DNA of 64,000 nt. Origin: Octopus sinensis (taxonomy: Eukaryota). The notes under the pieces are model-generated. The model did no database searches and was not told the origin of the DNA. It saw nothing but the letters and a program-made list of their open reading frames with translations. Of this stretch, positions 1 through 12,767 are shown piece after piece (position 1 is the stretch's first letter; every line of letters starts with the position of its first letter). Both the position numbers and the translations under genes were made by a program. Location of the stretch: positions 145,700,001 through 145,764,000 of the forward strand of contig NC_043000.1 of assembly GCF_006345805.1 (NCBI RefSeq), in the 5' to 3' direction.

Positions 1-224
1 TACTATTTGAATCGTTCATCCATAAACTCTACACACAACTTAGAAAAAGTTTTCTTGCGAAAATACGTATTTAAATAAATTTTAATGTCATGATTGGCGA
101 AATTGAAACCGGTCGACAAAGAGTATGTAAGATATATTAAAATTATGTAAAGGGTGTGTATTTTCCTTCTTTAGTTTCTTATATATATTACACGTGAGGA
201 TAATCGGGATTCCTCCCTTTCTGT

Positions 225-266
<42 letters not shown>

Positions 267-324
267 GCATACAAACGTACATATACAAATAAACAAAATC
301 ACACACACAAACCACACACATATA

Positions 325-538
325 CAGGTTTGGCCAAAAGTCACCTGACAGTAAATCACAAACATTTAATACCAAAATTTATTTATGTTCAACAACAGAA
401 TGAATTTAATAAAAGCATCTAAATATGAAACTGAGGTCGATCTTAGGTGACATATTTTTCTCCATTCGAGTTAATACAGAATAACATATAGTATTTATGG
501 AATTTTGAATTAATCTCTGGTGATTTTGGCCAACCCAG
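325..538. mobile_element. Tc1/mariner-type MITE
   Basis: Imperfect ~20-bp terminal inverted repeats (CAGGTTTGGCCAAAAGTCACC ... GGTGATTTTGGCCAACCCAG), TA on both sides (323-324, 539-540), no coding capacity. Confidence 0.7.
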
Positions 539-846
539 TATGAATACATATATTTTGATAATTACGTATATCTATGTATATTTATAGTTCAAATTTCCAG
601 AAGGCGATAGACGAAGGTGAACGAGGGAACAACAAGTAAATGAATTAGATTGAAAACACTTTAACATTTCGTACTCACGCTCTTCGGCAGAAAGTGTGGG
701 TGAAAAGGAGGGAGGAAGAACGAAAAGAAAGGCAGAGAGAAAAATGTGTAAGGATTAACAGTTCAACACGCTGAACATATATTTATATGTGCACATATAT
801 ATAAATCCCATAAAATTACAACTATACACACATACACATACATACA

Positions 847-919
<73 letters not shown>

Positions 920-1243
920 TATATAACTTTAGATTAGCAATGTTACCAACATTTCATGCAAAACATTCCCAATTTTCATGTGTTATACGTCTCTTGTGGT
1001 TTTGATAACACATATGCTTTTATGTATGGATACAACACACGTCATAAACCAACACTTTCGTAGTTATATGTGCATGCGTGCAGTAATAGATCTCTAAGTT
1101 TTTGGACGTACGTAATTTCGAATATTGGAAGCTTTTTCCATGAAGTGCGTAGTGTTGAACACTCACACTCTCTGTTTACCCTCGCAGTATACGCATACGC
1201 AGACCATCCCACCGTTTATACATACATATATACATACATATAT

Positions 1244-1303
<60 letters not shown>

Positions 1304-2828
1304 TGACGGGTTTGTATGATTGTGTATAGAGGAATATATGTATTATTCAAAGAAATTCCAACTCTGTTATGTTTTATTTATATTGTTTATAATATTAATG
1401 TAGAATATAGAATATATAATATAAATAATATATATAGTAAAATGAAATGAAGTATTGATTGTCTTATTGAATAGATGAAATGTTGAATATAAAAGATATA
1501 TATATATATGTATAATTTGATTTGAAAACCCCACTAGATTAGGAGAAAGCACTAATACATGATGTATAAAATATGTAATATACAAATAAATATCTGTAAA
1601 TACAAACCATCCGATTTTCTGATTACCTCATTTCTTCTAATATATATAGATATGTATAAACTTTGTAGTTTTTACGACGTGCGAAATGCTTGGGGCCATT
1701 TCGTCAGTTTCCACTGAGATCGACTTTGGGTTTCAAACTTCCGTGCTCTATGGTAGATGTTATCGGTTAGACCTTTCCCCAAAACTTCAGTATTTGGTGG
1801 GTGCCTTGACAGGGCCAATATCTTCATGGCCAACCGGTGAAACGATTACCATTTACCTCCAAGATTCAATATAATTGATCATTTATCTACCTAAAGTGTT
1901 TTTGTTGTTTTTTGGGGTGCTTTTGTGCCTCTAGAAGAAATCAAAGTGGGCTATATAATCCGCAATTTTACCATCCCAGATTATGCATACAATCAATTTA
2001 CATGCTATATCTTGTTACATTCTCTCTCAGGATAATTGCATCGGGCCATAACTTCTTTGACTCACACCGAATACCGTGATTCTTTGTATTGCCTATTTCT
2101 AAATATATCCACACTTAAAATATTTTCATCAAACTTGCTTTCCATGTCTCGGTTAATAATTCGAACCCATCTTCACTACCTTTCAGAAAAAAAGCTTACC
2201 GTTCCAATCTTATGCTTTATTATACAACTTACTGACAATCCAACATTCGCGCGTTCCGTTTTGTACTAGCTATTCTATTTAATCCGATACCCACTGAAAC
2301 ATCAAGGGTTTTCATCTAGTTACCCTGCTTCCGGACAATGACCTTCCTATAATCCATGGATTCTTTATAAAATTAAAAATGGAGTTAAGAAGTGTTTGAT
2401 ATTTTTTATTATTTTTTTGTATTAAATATCATCATAAATATGTGCTACAAGTTTCCAACTGGTAACTGCTCTACATTGTTTTCAAATATCAATTAGGAGA
2501 AGTCTTTTATCCATGATTACGATATATGAACCCCAACACAAGCACACAAACATGGAATAAATAAGTCTTCATATAACCAATACTGCGTAACACGATATTT
2601 GCTCACTACATTTATTTTTGTGGGATTATGTATATTTGAGTACCTCATAATAAATAGTTGTGGAAACACCTGCCTCTTCCTATTTAATACTACCATTTTC
2701 ACCGGATTCCTCCCTCACCGCTAACAAACTTATTTACTGTTCATAATACTGCTTGTTGCACTCTATCCGTATATTACACCAGCTGCTCGACTCGTCTGTC
2801 AAGTAACTTTTCCGGTCTGTATATCACT

Positions 2829-2925
2829 CTATTCTATTCCTTGTTCAGATAATCCATTCACAGGTCTTCTGCAGAATTTTCCATTCAGTTTAAATAAAAA
2901 TTCATCATCTCTATCCAGATATTCA
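2829..2925 (-). CDS. Candidate terminal exon of an unidentified host gene (EYLDRDDEFLFKLNGKFCRRPVNGLSEQGIE*)
   Basis: AG acceptor (ccatag|t) with weak pyrimidine tract; non-repetitive open frame of 31 codons to TAG; phase-compatible with the 5452-5523 candidate. No family recognised. Confidence 0.3.
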
Positions 2926-3280
2926 CTATGGATTCAATGAAGTATCAATTTCCTTTCATACCCAGGACACCAATTTACACGTGTTTGCAATTGTGCATTC
3001 TAGGCTCCTGCAATAAAATAAAAAAACGAGTTGAAAAGCAATGTTATATATAAATGCATACCGATAGCATAACACACGCATACTCCACAAACACTGCCAT
3101 GGCACTGCCAAATATATATGTATGTAAGTATGTATGTATATATGTATGTATGTATGTATGTATGTACGTATGTATGCATGTATGTATGCATACAAAATGA
3201 GGACAAATATCCGTGAAGTGTAAGTGATGTACACACACATACACGCACGCACACACACATACACACACACACACACACAT

Positions 3281-3315
<35 letters not shown>

Positions 3316-3595
3316 GGTATATAAAGTTTGAATTCAAAACTCTAATTATATCATAGGAAGTTTATATTTCTTGATATTATTTTTACTTCCTGTCACAACC
3401 TAGAACCTTGAAGACCGCTTTAATGCAAGAAAGTATACTAGTCCCTTAATATTTGACATTCGATATTTCATCTATTCAATACGACAATCAATACTTCATT
3501 TCATTTTACTATATATACTATTTATACTATATATTCTACATTAATATTATGAAGAATATAAATAAAACATAAAAAACAGAGTTGGAATTCCTATG

Positions 3596-3632
<37 letters not shown>

Positions 3633-3898
3633 CATATAGCGAGATAGAGAGAGAGATATTTGTGTGTGAGCGTTCGTACACATATGTTAATGCCAGTGCA
3701 ATTTTTTGTTTTTCTAACGTACTTATTTCATTACTTTTTTTTGCCTAACTGCTAGCTCAGGTAGACTTAAATAAACACTGGCTGTCAAGCGGCGGAGAAA
3801 GCAACAATCACAAACACAAATACACACTCATACACATACACACACTCATGCATATATGTATATGTATGTACATAGATAACTAGCTATGTGTATAAAAA

Positions 3899-3959
<61 letters not shown>

Positions 3960-5451
3960 AATGTAAGACCCAACGGCCAAGTTAATTTTTTAAAAAAACT
4001 TTCAGGAAAGATAGTGGTTTATTGGCACGAAAGGTTGTGAATTTTTCCGCTATCGATGTACGGCAAGATGAAAGTTTTAAGTTCAAGGTTGGAATCTTGA
4101 GTTGCTGCGTATACGAATAAAATTCTAAAATTAAGGAATGGAATAGGTAAACTCCCGGCTACATATGTTTCATATCAAGGGCAAGCGCAAAAATATTAAT
4201 TATTCAAACGAGGGTTTTACTGCATTGAACTAACAATGTATGTGCATTTCGTAACGTATAAACACTAGCCTATCGACACGTGCGCGTGTACACACAAGTA
4301 CACACACGTATAGATATAGGTAGATGAATAGACAGAAAGATAGACATACATACATAGGTACGTACGTACATACATACATACATACATACATAGACATATG
4401 TGCATATATCCATACAGATCTGTATATATTAATAATGTTCAGTTAAAATCAGGTATATCATTAGAATACCATGGCCAAAATATTAAGATGATTATCATTT
4501 TCATTGTCTTATTAATGATTATTAGCTATGAACCTTTTCCTGTATTATAGTTTGATATCTTAGATAATCACATGAGTATAACATGATCATCCAGATACAC
4601 GAAATATAGGAGACTTTTTTTTTTTTGAAATTTGTAATAAATCATAACATCATTCAAAAGCATTGTTATTCTAATATCCGATACTGTAGCTTTTCTTTTT
4701 AACAAAGAAAACTCCAGAATGCATAACCATCATATTTTTAATTAATATGAAGAAATTGTTTTGACAAGATAAAAATGTCATATTTCATTACTATAAATGA
4801 CCAAACAGATGGAAAGTTCTCAGCCAGAGCTAACATCCAATTCTTTCCGAAGACGATGGAACAATAACAAAATAACTTTAGCCATGCAAGTTTTATTATA
4901 TCCGACCACCTCAAATGATTAAGAGTTTTGCAAGTGTCTTCTGTTTTCCGTGTGTGTGGTGGTTCCTATTTAGACGAAAGTATTCTGAATAGTTTCCCTG
5001 TAATAATGACTAAAATCAAACCTATTGATATAGTATGTGGCATTTGTTCAGTTAACAAATTTGAAATTGAAATATGCTTATTTTCAAGCGTATTAGGTTA
5101 TTCATCTGGAGGGTATTTTTCTTAATAATTAGCCCATTGTCTTGTCTGTACTCTCCATAAACATTTGTTCATCGGGTATAAGTATTATATTTTTGAGATG
5201 TTGTGAATAACATTTCTTAGATGGTCATATTAGTGTAATACTTTATATCACTTTCGTCTTATGCTGTTTGTTTCGTAAATGTTCTAACATAACACATATC
5301 TAAACCGTATATCATACAAACAAAGGGAGCTAATTTTATAACAACAATTATATTTGAAATTAATTTTCTCATATTAACATTGGTTAGCAATTATACAAAT
5401 ATGAGGTTATATTTAAGCATTTGAAATATTTTCTAAATTTTTAGTACTTAC

Positions 5452-5523
5452 CTTCCATCAATTTCTCCTAATATTTCCGGGAGCGACGTAGGGCTATTCA
5501 TTAGGCAACTTCTCCATATGGAC
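5452..5523 (-). CDS. Candidate 72-nt internal exon (SIWRSCLMNSPTSLPEILGEIDG)
   Basis: Acceptor cttcttgtag| and consensus donor AG|gtaagt; only one frame is open; phase 2-2; locally more GC-rich than flanks. Confidence 0.45.
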
Positions 5524-6229
5524 CTACAAGAAGTAATCATCATTACAGTTTGCAACCAGATTTCCAAGCATGATCAACTGTGACTATGGATATTATTCAG
5601 TGATATCATTTTTTATCTACTCCTAGGTCTCAGTTTGAAGAACCATTCTTACAATTCTTTACTGCAACATTCTAAGCACAAGTCTGTAGTACCGGAGCTA
5701 TGACCTCACAATGTGGAAAAGTAGTGGCTGAAGCTGGAGAGACTCACGATCTCTGAGCCGTCCCCCGTGTCGAGTGATGTTACTAGAACCCCCTTTTCGG
5801 CCATTTTAATTATCCTTTCGACATATAAATCAATGGCGTATCAATTATCTCCATGATAATGTCAACGCATGTCGCAATGTGACGAAAAGAGATTAATAGA
5901 CTGAAAAGCAATCGTCACTAATAATAGTGTTATCAATGATTTTGTGCTTTCTTAAAGTTATGCTTAGCACCAACTGATATGGCAATAATACTTTAACTTC
6001 AAGTCTATGTATTCCATTTACTGCAAGTAAATCTGTGAAGACAATAATAATCACTCGATAACATTTTCCAAAAGACAAGAGATTAGCTGCTTGTAAAATG
6101 CTGTTTCTTATATATGATAAATGATAAAAATATTATTTACATTGTGGAGTAGTAATAGTTTTACACTCTCCATGGTACTTTTATTTCTTCTTTAAGTACG
6201 TCTGTAGTAAGATATCATATTCAAATATA

Positions 6230-6560
6230 AGGCAGCGATCCTTATAGCAATCCTTCTAGCCAGTCAAAATGCTTGGCGGTATTTCGTCTGCCGCTACGTT
6301 CTGAGTTCAAATTCCGCCAAGGTCGACTTTGCCTTTCATCCTTTCGGTGTCGATTAAATAAGTACCAGTTACGCACTGGGATCGATATAATCGACTTAAT
6401 CCGTTTGTCTGTCCTTGTTTGTCCTCTCTGTGTTTAGCCCCTTGTGGGTAGTAAAGAAATGGACATTTCGTCCGACCTTACGTTCTGAGTTCAAATACCA
6501 CTGTGGTTGATTTGCATTTTCTTATTTGGGGTTCGATGTAATCAACTTACCCATCTCAAA
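6230..6560 (+). mobile_element. tRNA-derived SINE family A, tandem copy
   Basis: B-box GAGTTCAAATTCC, core GCCTTTCATCCTTTCGG.GTCGATTAAATAAGTACCAG, tail ...CCCCTTGTGGGTAGTAAAGAAAT, then a second degenerate unit. Confidence 0.8.
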
Positions 6561-8419
6561 TATTATTGGTTTTGTGACAAAATTTGAAACCAATTTTATA
6601 TTCTCATGTGGTTTCAAATTCTTTGACTTGAATATGTCTTTCAAAGGATAATTATAAATTGTTATCATCAAAATTAAAAATATATTTATGGTAGCATGAT
6701 TTCCCGTTTTTCTCAAGATAAGAATAATTTTGAACCTCCACAAATGTGAAATTCAAATTTAAAATGAAATAACCAAATCTCAAATTAAAACGGAATCAGC
6801 TACTTTACACTACTTTAAGGCGCTACGTACATTTTATTCACCAGCGTTTGTTTCTGAACTTCGTATAAATTATTTTTAGTACACGCCCAAAGACAACACG
6901 ATAGACTTAAAAGTACATGTATATATAATTTAATGCAGCGTAATAAAATAACAATAACAAATACCAAACAATATACTGATAATTGTTGTTGGTTTTTGCC
7001 ATTATGTGTAATGTGTCGTCATACGTCATTATCCACTCTGTAGGTAAAAGATAAATCCCAAATACTAATCAAATATTGTGATGACAAACAAGTTTCACAT
7101 ACGTTGCTCACAATCAATACTCAAGCATATAGATTTGGTTGAAGTAAATGATAAAGGATGTTATTTTCGTGTGAAAAATTATTTTTAGATGTCTGTGAAG
7201 ATGATTCATGTATTGACAAAGTGTATGATTAATATCTACGCATCAGAAAACTATAACAATTTTAGCAGACGGCTTTTTCAATTTTGGTGAGGCAAATTGA
7301 AATAGAGGTCACTTGTTGACACCAATTTGACGAAGCTATAATATCTACTCTTCAATTCCATCCCAATGAACATGACAGGAGTATAGATATTACATGGTTG
7401 TAACAAATAAAAGTAAGTATATTATGGACAGCAATTCTGTGAGTTCTATTTTTTTTTTCATAATATCCAAACTTTCTTCTTCTATTTCTGATATATGAAT
7501 ACGAAACAAATTCAAAACTGGTAGCAGATATTTGCAGACAATATTCTATACTGACGAATAACAGAAAGAAGATACTTCAATGCAAATAAACACCTAGATT
7601 GATACGGACGCCTATGAGAAAATACAAACGTTACTGATATTAATAATAGTAACATGAATTATTAAAAAATAACAAATATATAGTATTTATTCCACCTTAC
7701 TATGTATCTCTTATTTATCGACCATCAATTGAAGAAAAAGTATTTCTGTACTGGAGGCGAGAAATAAGAACAAAATGCCTTTTATTAGACATGCTGTCAG
7801 CTGTACTATCCATGGGCATTCTAATGTGGTTTCCCATTTAGGTAGTAATAGGCCAAAAATTTTGAGTAAGGGGATTAGTTGTTACCATTTTTACTAGTAC
7901 TTGATTGATAATTTATTCTATCAAATCCGTGGGATAAGATTTCAGAGTTTAAAATTCAAAGCACCTCAACATGTTTATAGGTTTATGAATACGTAACGTT
8001 ATATGATTTGGTATTATACAAAGACGTGCTGAAAATTTATTTACTTTCGATAAAAGAAAATATAGGATGATACGTTATGATTTTAGTCAACATATTCTCT
8101 TCCCACATTCACACACAATGCAACAATCCTTCAGATTTTCTAAACCCTGTAAAAGAACTCGTATGTATTAAAGGATATTTTGTTTTTATTTTTAACTGAA
8201 ATATCGATTCTTCATAGGAACTAGGATAGGGGTCCCGATCATATGGTTACAAAGGCGAAAACAGAAATTTTCTTTAAATGGGTTACACTCGGTTAATCGA
8301 CTCAAAACTGAAATATTCATTAATTTGAGAATATTTGAGAGCTAAAACTTCCTTTTTTAAACTAGGTAAACAAAATGGAAATAATTGGATACTATAATAT
8401 ATTCAAACTTCTTCCTAAC

Positions 8420-8805
8420 AATATTTGCTAAACCATGCATCACATCAACATAACTAGAAATACCATTGTTTGACCACCTAACCTCTGAATGTAATTTCTT
8501 AGTGCCAGCAGAGTATAAATCAAGACATGACAGAGTTGGCTACTGTCTGCACTAGTTAATATGTCGGCATTATTAAATAAAAACTACCAACAACCTGAGT
8601 GTGTAACTGAACGAGAAAGTGCAACGATTCTTTAGGACTTTCCAGTACATACAGAGAGAACAAACAAAGCTAATAAAGTATATATTGTTATGACAGGACA
8701 AAAAATTAAAACAAAGAAGTTTGTTTATTGATTAACATGATTATTCTTTGTGATCATATCTCGGCAAAACAATTTGACAAGCTCAGAAAATAATAAAGAT
8801 TTATG
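8420..8805 (+). mobile_element. Decayed R4/Dong-like non-LTR C-terminal remnant
   Basis: Broken translation EYKSRHDRVG...ATIL*DFPVHTERT..AN...ISAKQFDKL; shares AGACATGACAGAGTTGG with the 22.5-25.1 kb element. Confidence 0.65.
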
Positions 8806-8809
8806 CTTT

Positions 8810-9020
8810 ATCTTTCACTTGCTTCAGTCGTTTGCCCGCAGCAACGCCGGAGAACTGCCTTGAAGGGTTTTAATCGAACAAATCGATCGGATGATATTTT
8901 TTAAGCCTAGTGCTTAATCTTTCGGACTCTATTGCCAAACCGCTAGGTTACGGGGAGGTAAACATACCAACACCAGTTGCTAAGCAGTGATGGGGGGGGC
9001 AGACACAGACACAGAGACGC
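8810..9020 (-). mobile_element. SINE family B, 3' portion
   Basis: Recognisable match to the 3' half of the copy at 48839-49276 (…gccaaaccgctaggttacgggga…aacaccagttg…aagc), ending at the internal microsatellite. Confidence 0.7.
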
Positions 9021-9421
9021 ACATCAATATAAATACACACACATGCACTCACACACATACATATCTATATATATACATATATATATACATACATACAAAC
9101 ATACATACATGCATACACATATTATATATATATATATATAAGCTAGAGTAAGCACATAAATGTGAAACAAAGTGGAAAATAGTACTCGATTACTGGAGGT
9201 ATTAATAAAGCTACAGAGACACAACAAAAGCTTTTAGTCAGTGTTTCACGTTCCCGTTCGTCGGACGACAATGCGAAACTCTGAGTAACATTTTCTTGAG
9301 GTTTTTGCAGATTTGTCAATTACTTGTGAAATATAGATAGATAAATAGATAGATAGATGTATATCTATGTGTGTGTCTATTATATGTCATTTTAAATAGC
9401 ATGCACTGCTCTCTCACTCAA

Positions 9422-9474
9422 TACTACTACTACTACTACTACTATACTACTACTACTACTACTACTACTGCTGA

Positions 9475-9506
<32 letters not shown>

Positions 9507-9539
9507 TTGCTACTACTACTAGTAGTCATAATAATAATG

Positions 9540-9586
<47 letters not shown>

Positions 9587-9689
9587 TAAGATATTTTGGA
9601 TAATTCACCCCTGGAAACACGGGTGTTTCGTTCAACATCCTTAACCGACCCTTATTCAAAGACCAGCAGCGGCAGCGGCAGCAGCAGTG

Positions 9690-9766
<77 letters not shown>
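9422..9766. repeat. Compound trinucleotide microsatellite (TAC)n(TGC)n-(TAA)n-spacer-(CAG)n(TAG)n
   Basis: Direct reading of repeat units. Confidence 0.95.
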
Positions 9767-9789
9767 TTCTACCCTAGACACATGTCCCG

Positions 9790-10155
9790 ACATTTTGGAG
9801 GAGGTGCCAGTTGATTAGATCGACCCCAGTGTGCAACTGGTACTTAATTTTTCGACTCCGAAAGGATGAAAGTCAAATTCGACCGCGGTGGAATTTGAAC
9901 TCAATACATAAAGGCTGACGAAATACCTATTTCTTTACTACCCACAAGGGGCTAAACACAGAGAGGACAAACAAGGACAGACAAACGGATTAAGTCGATT
10001 ATATCATCCCCAGTGCGTAACTGGTACTTATTTAATCGACCCCGAAAGGATGAAAGGCAAAGTCGACCTCGGCGGAATTTGAACTCAGAACGTAACGGCA
10101 GACGAAATACGGCTGCGCATTTCGCCTGGCGTGCTATCGTTTCTGGCACCTCGCC
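9790..10155 (-). mobile_element. SINE family A, full unit plus truncated second unit
   Basis: Head GGCGAGGTGCCAGAAACGATAGCACGCC, B-box GAGTTCAAATTCC, core and tail; second unit joins at about 9927. Confidence 0.85.
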
Positions 10156-11199
10156 ATGAAAAGACGATCTTTCTGGCGCATTGGTGATTCTTGTAACTTG
10201 CTGAATTTTATTGTTTCTAAATTGAGCCGAGGCGAGCATTTTCTTGGGGGAGTTTAATGAACACCACTGACTTTAGTTTCCCACGGGTGCATTATTTTAT
10301 TGCCCCTGATTTCTGTAGGATTTGAACGCAGAAAAGTGTTTTTTGTAATATGGGATGGGATGTTGCATATTCATCATCCTCGTCATCATCTTCCTTATTC
10401 TTCTGAGAACGTTGATGCTTGTTTTCATGGAGGACAGCAATCTTGTTTTCTGTTTGTTCATAATGTTCTCTTTTGAGAGGTCTTCATTCTCTTTTCTTTT
10501 TCCATTTGTCATTCCCATCAATAGGTTGTAACAAATATCTCTCCCTTATCACAATGGCGTACGATTAATTAACGCTGCACTTTGTAATTGTTATGCGAAT
10601 CAGAATTTGCTGCTGATGTAGTCATATTTCAATTACCTTAATTGCACTTTTGCAGTTACGAGTCTGACCTCCGCAATAGATATACGACTACTTCATGTTG
10701 CTTCCGTTGTTCAACGTGATATTTAGATTAATATGCACCGAAAAACTTCCTCACAGAACCCTCAAGCTTAGTTGTTTATGTTTATAACCACATTCTTAGA
10801 GGCAGAGGAAAATAGAAGTGAGAATTATATTAATGTCTATTACTAGAATCAGTTTTCGAATGAATTTCTTTTGCTAAGATGAGAGATTTTTTTTTTTGTT
10901 TATATGTGTGGATGTTGTCGCTATCAATAATAGTTTTACAGTCGCTATTTCTGTTTTGACAACTGTGACCATAAATTATGTTGTTTTTTTCTGGTGACAT
11001 ATCTACACTCTATTTATGGATTTGACTTGCCCTCCTCATGCAGCATATTATATCCCAGGTTTTTAGGTCGTGCATTTCATCTATCAGGATGTTGCTGATA
11101 TTTGCACAAACATGAACCGAATGTTGTCTAGCATGTGCGATGATTCTTTTCTAAGACTAACACTTGCTTTATATTGTTCCTAAATAAAAACAACTGTGT

Positions 11200-12440
11200 A
11201 CTACACAAACGGAAAGATGAAAAGGCAGTAAGCCATAGGAAAGCTAAGGCACACCAATATAGTCGGAGTGACGCAACAGGCAAGAGCAGGTGCAGGGTTG
11301 CACAAATTCAAGCCATTTTGCATGATCAGCGTAAAAGAGATGAAAGTGAGAAAGGAGGAAAAAGAAAGGCGAAATGTACATTAGGTGCAATGTAGTCAAC
11401 AGGGACAGTGCCTGAGATGGGAGGAATATGTAGCCAATCGCAGAATCTCATTGAAGGAAATTTGGGCTTGAGAACAAGAAAGAACATCCTTCCTGATCAA
11501 GTCTACCTTCGACGTTTTGCCTTCAACGGCAAATTTAGTCGACTGATGAATGTAGATGCGAAGAGAAAGCGACAGTGAGACATGTTCTGTCAAACTTCAG
11601 GCTAGCACTTGAAAGATATACAAGACGTCACAATGAAGCCCTGGGTGTCATAAGCACACCACCCAAGGAGAAGACCGAGGGATATAATAGGGGACAATAC
11701 TCAAAAGTGGAAAGGCGCAGGAAAATATACTTCCAGGAGGGAAAACGACATAAGGCCAGTCCTTCAAATAAAACATACGAGATAGACGAAAGATGGAAGG
11801 GATACTGGGAGCTGGTCGTGGAGTTGGAAATACTTTTATTTCCACTCATAAAAACAACAAAAGAAACGAACGGACTTAATCCTATGGAACACAGAACGGA
11901 GAATTAGAATTTTGCTAGAGCTGACAGTGCCATGGGAAGAGAACACCGCTAATGCAACAGAAGGAGAAGAGGTATGAGAAAATAACTGAAGGGTTCGGAG
12001 AACAGCGATGAACTGTCGAGTACTACCATCTGGCAGGGGGGACTAGAGGCTTCGTTGACAGGAAAATGACAACGTTATTTAAAAACAAGGTTTGCATTTT
12101 CGAGATCAGAGCTGAGAAAAGTAATAAGGAGTATACAGGAGGCATTCGAAGAAATTGACTTCAATATATGTCTGAAGCGAGAAGACCCAAAATGGCGTGA
12201 AAGCTATAACATGCCGACTGGGAAAGAGCGACGCTAGGTGAGGCTGGCTGACACTTAAGCAGTATCGCTGATTGAAAGATAGACCAAGGTAGCGGTCTCG
12301 TTCATAGCGCCCTGTCCTCCTAGTTCGAACGCTTGTACCACTAAACAGCTGGTAGGTTCTGGCTGCTGGAACTGAAACTACCAGGACACTGTTGGAAAAC
12401 AGGTTTAAAGAGGGCGCGGGATAAAACTACGCGCCTTCCC
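11200..12440 (+). mobile_element. Decayed HERO/R2-like RLE non-LTR retrotransposon, 3' part
   Basis: Broken translation NIVGVTQQARAGAG ... FLIKSTFDVLPSTANL ... RYTRRHNEAL ... LLELTVPWEE ... GGTRGFV, typical of the C-terminus of RLE-clade ORFs; many stops and frameshifts. Confidence 0.7.
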
Positions 12441-12548
12441 CTCATCTTCTCAGCATCGTCAGTTTATATAGCAAGATATTCTTTTGGCTACAACAATGTA
12501 AGAATGTGACAATGCAACGAAGCAGAAAGAAGAACTGATGATTTATAG

Positions 12549-12767
12549 CAGTGCTTTTCAACCTTTTTGCTGGAGCGGAACCCCAAGGAAACATTCCACT
12601 GGCTCGAGGAACCCCTGTGCAATAACTTAATTGTCTTATGCACACATATCTGCACAGGAGAATTAAAAATTAGTGCCGATTTTAGCATTTTTGTAATTTC
12701 TTGCGGAACCCCTGGACTGTACTGGCGGAACCCTAAGGTTCCACGGAACCCTGGTTGAAAACCACTG
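12549..12767. mobile_element. hAT-type MITE
   Basis: TIRs CAGTGCTTTTCAACC / GGTTGAAAACCACTG; perfect 8-bp TSD ATTTATAG (12541-12548, 12768-12775); internal repeated GGAACCC motifs. Confidence 0.9.

Noticed and set aside
2240-2352. Short minus-strand frames GIGLNRIASTKRNARMLDC and SMDYRKVIVRKQ with GT/AG ends
   Set aside because: The 30-nt gap between them is too short for an intron, and they would lie downstream of the 2829 stop candidate.
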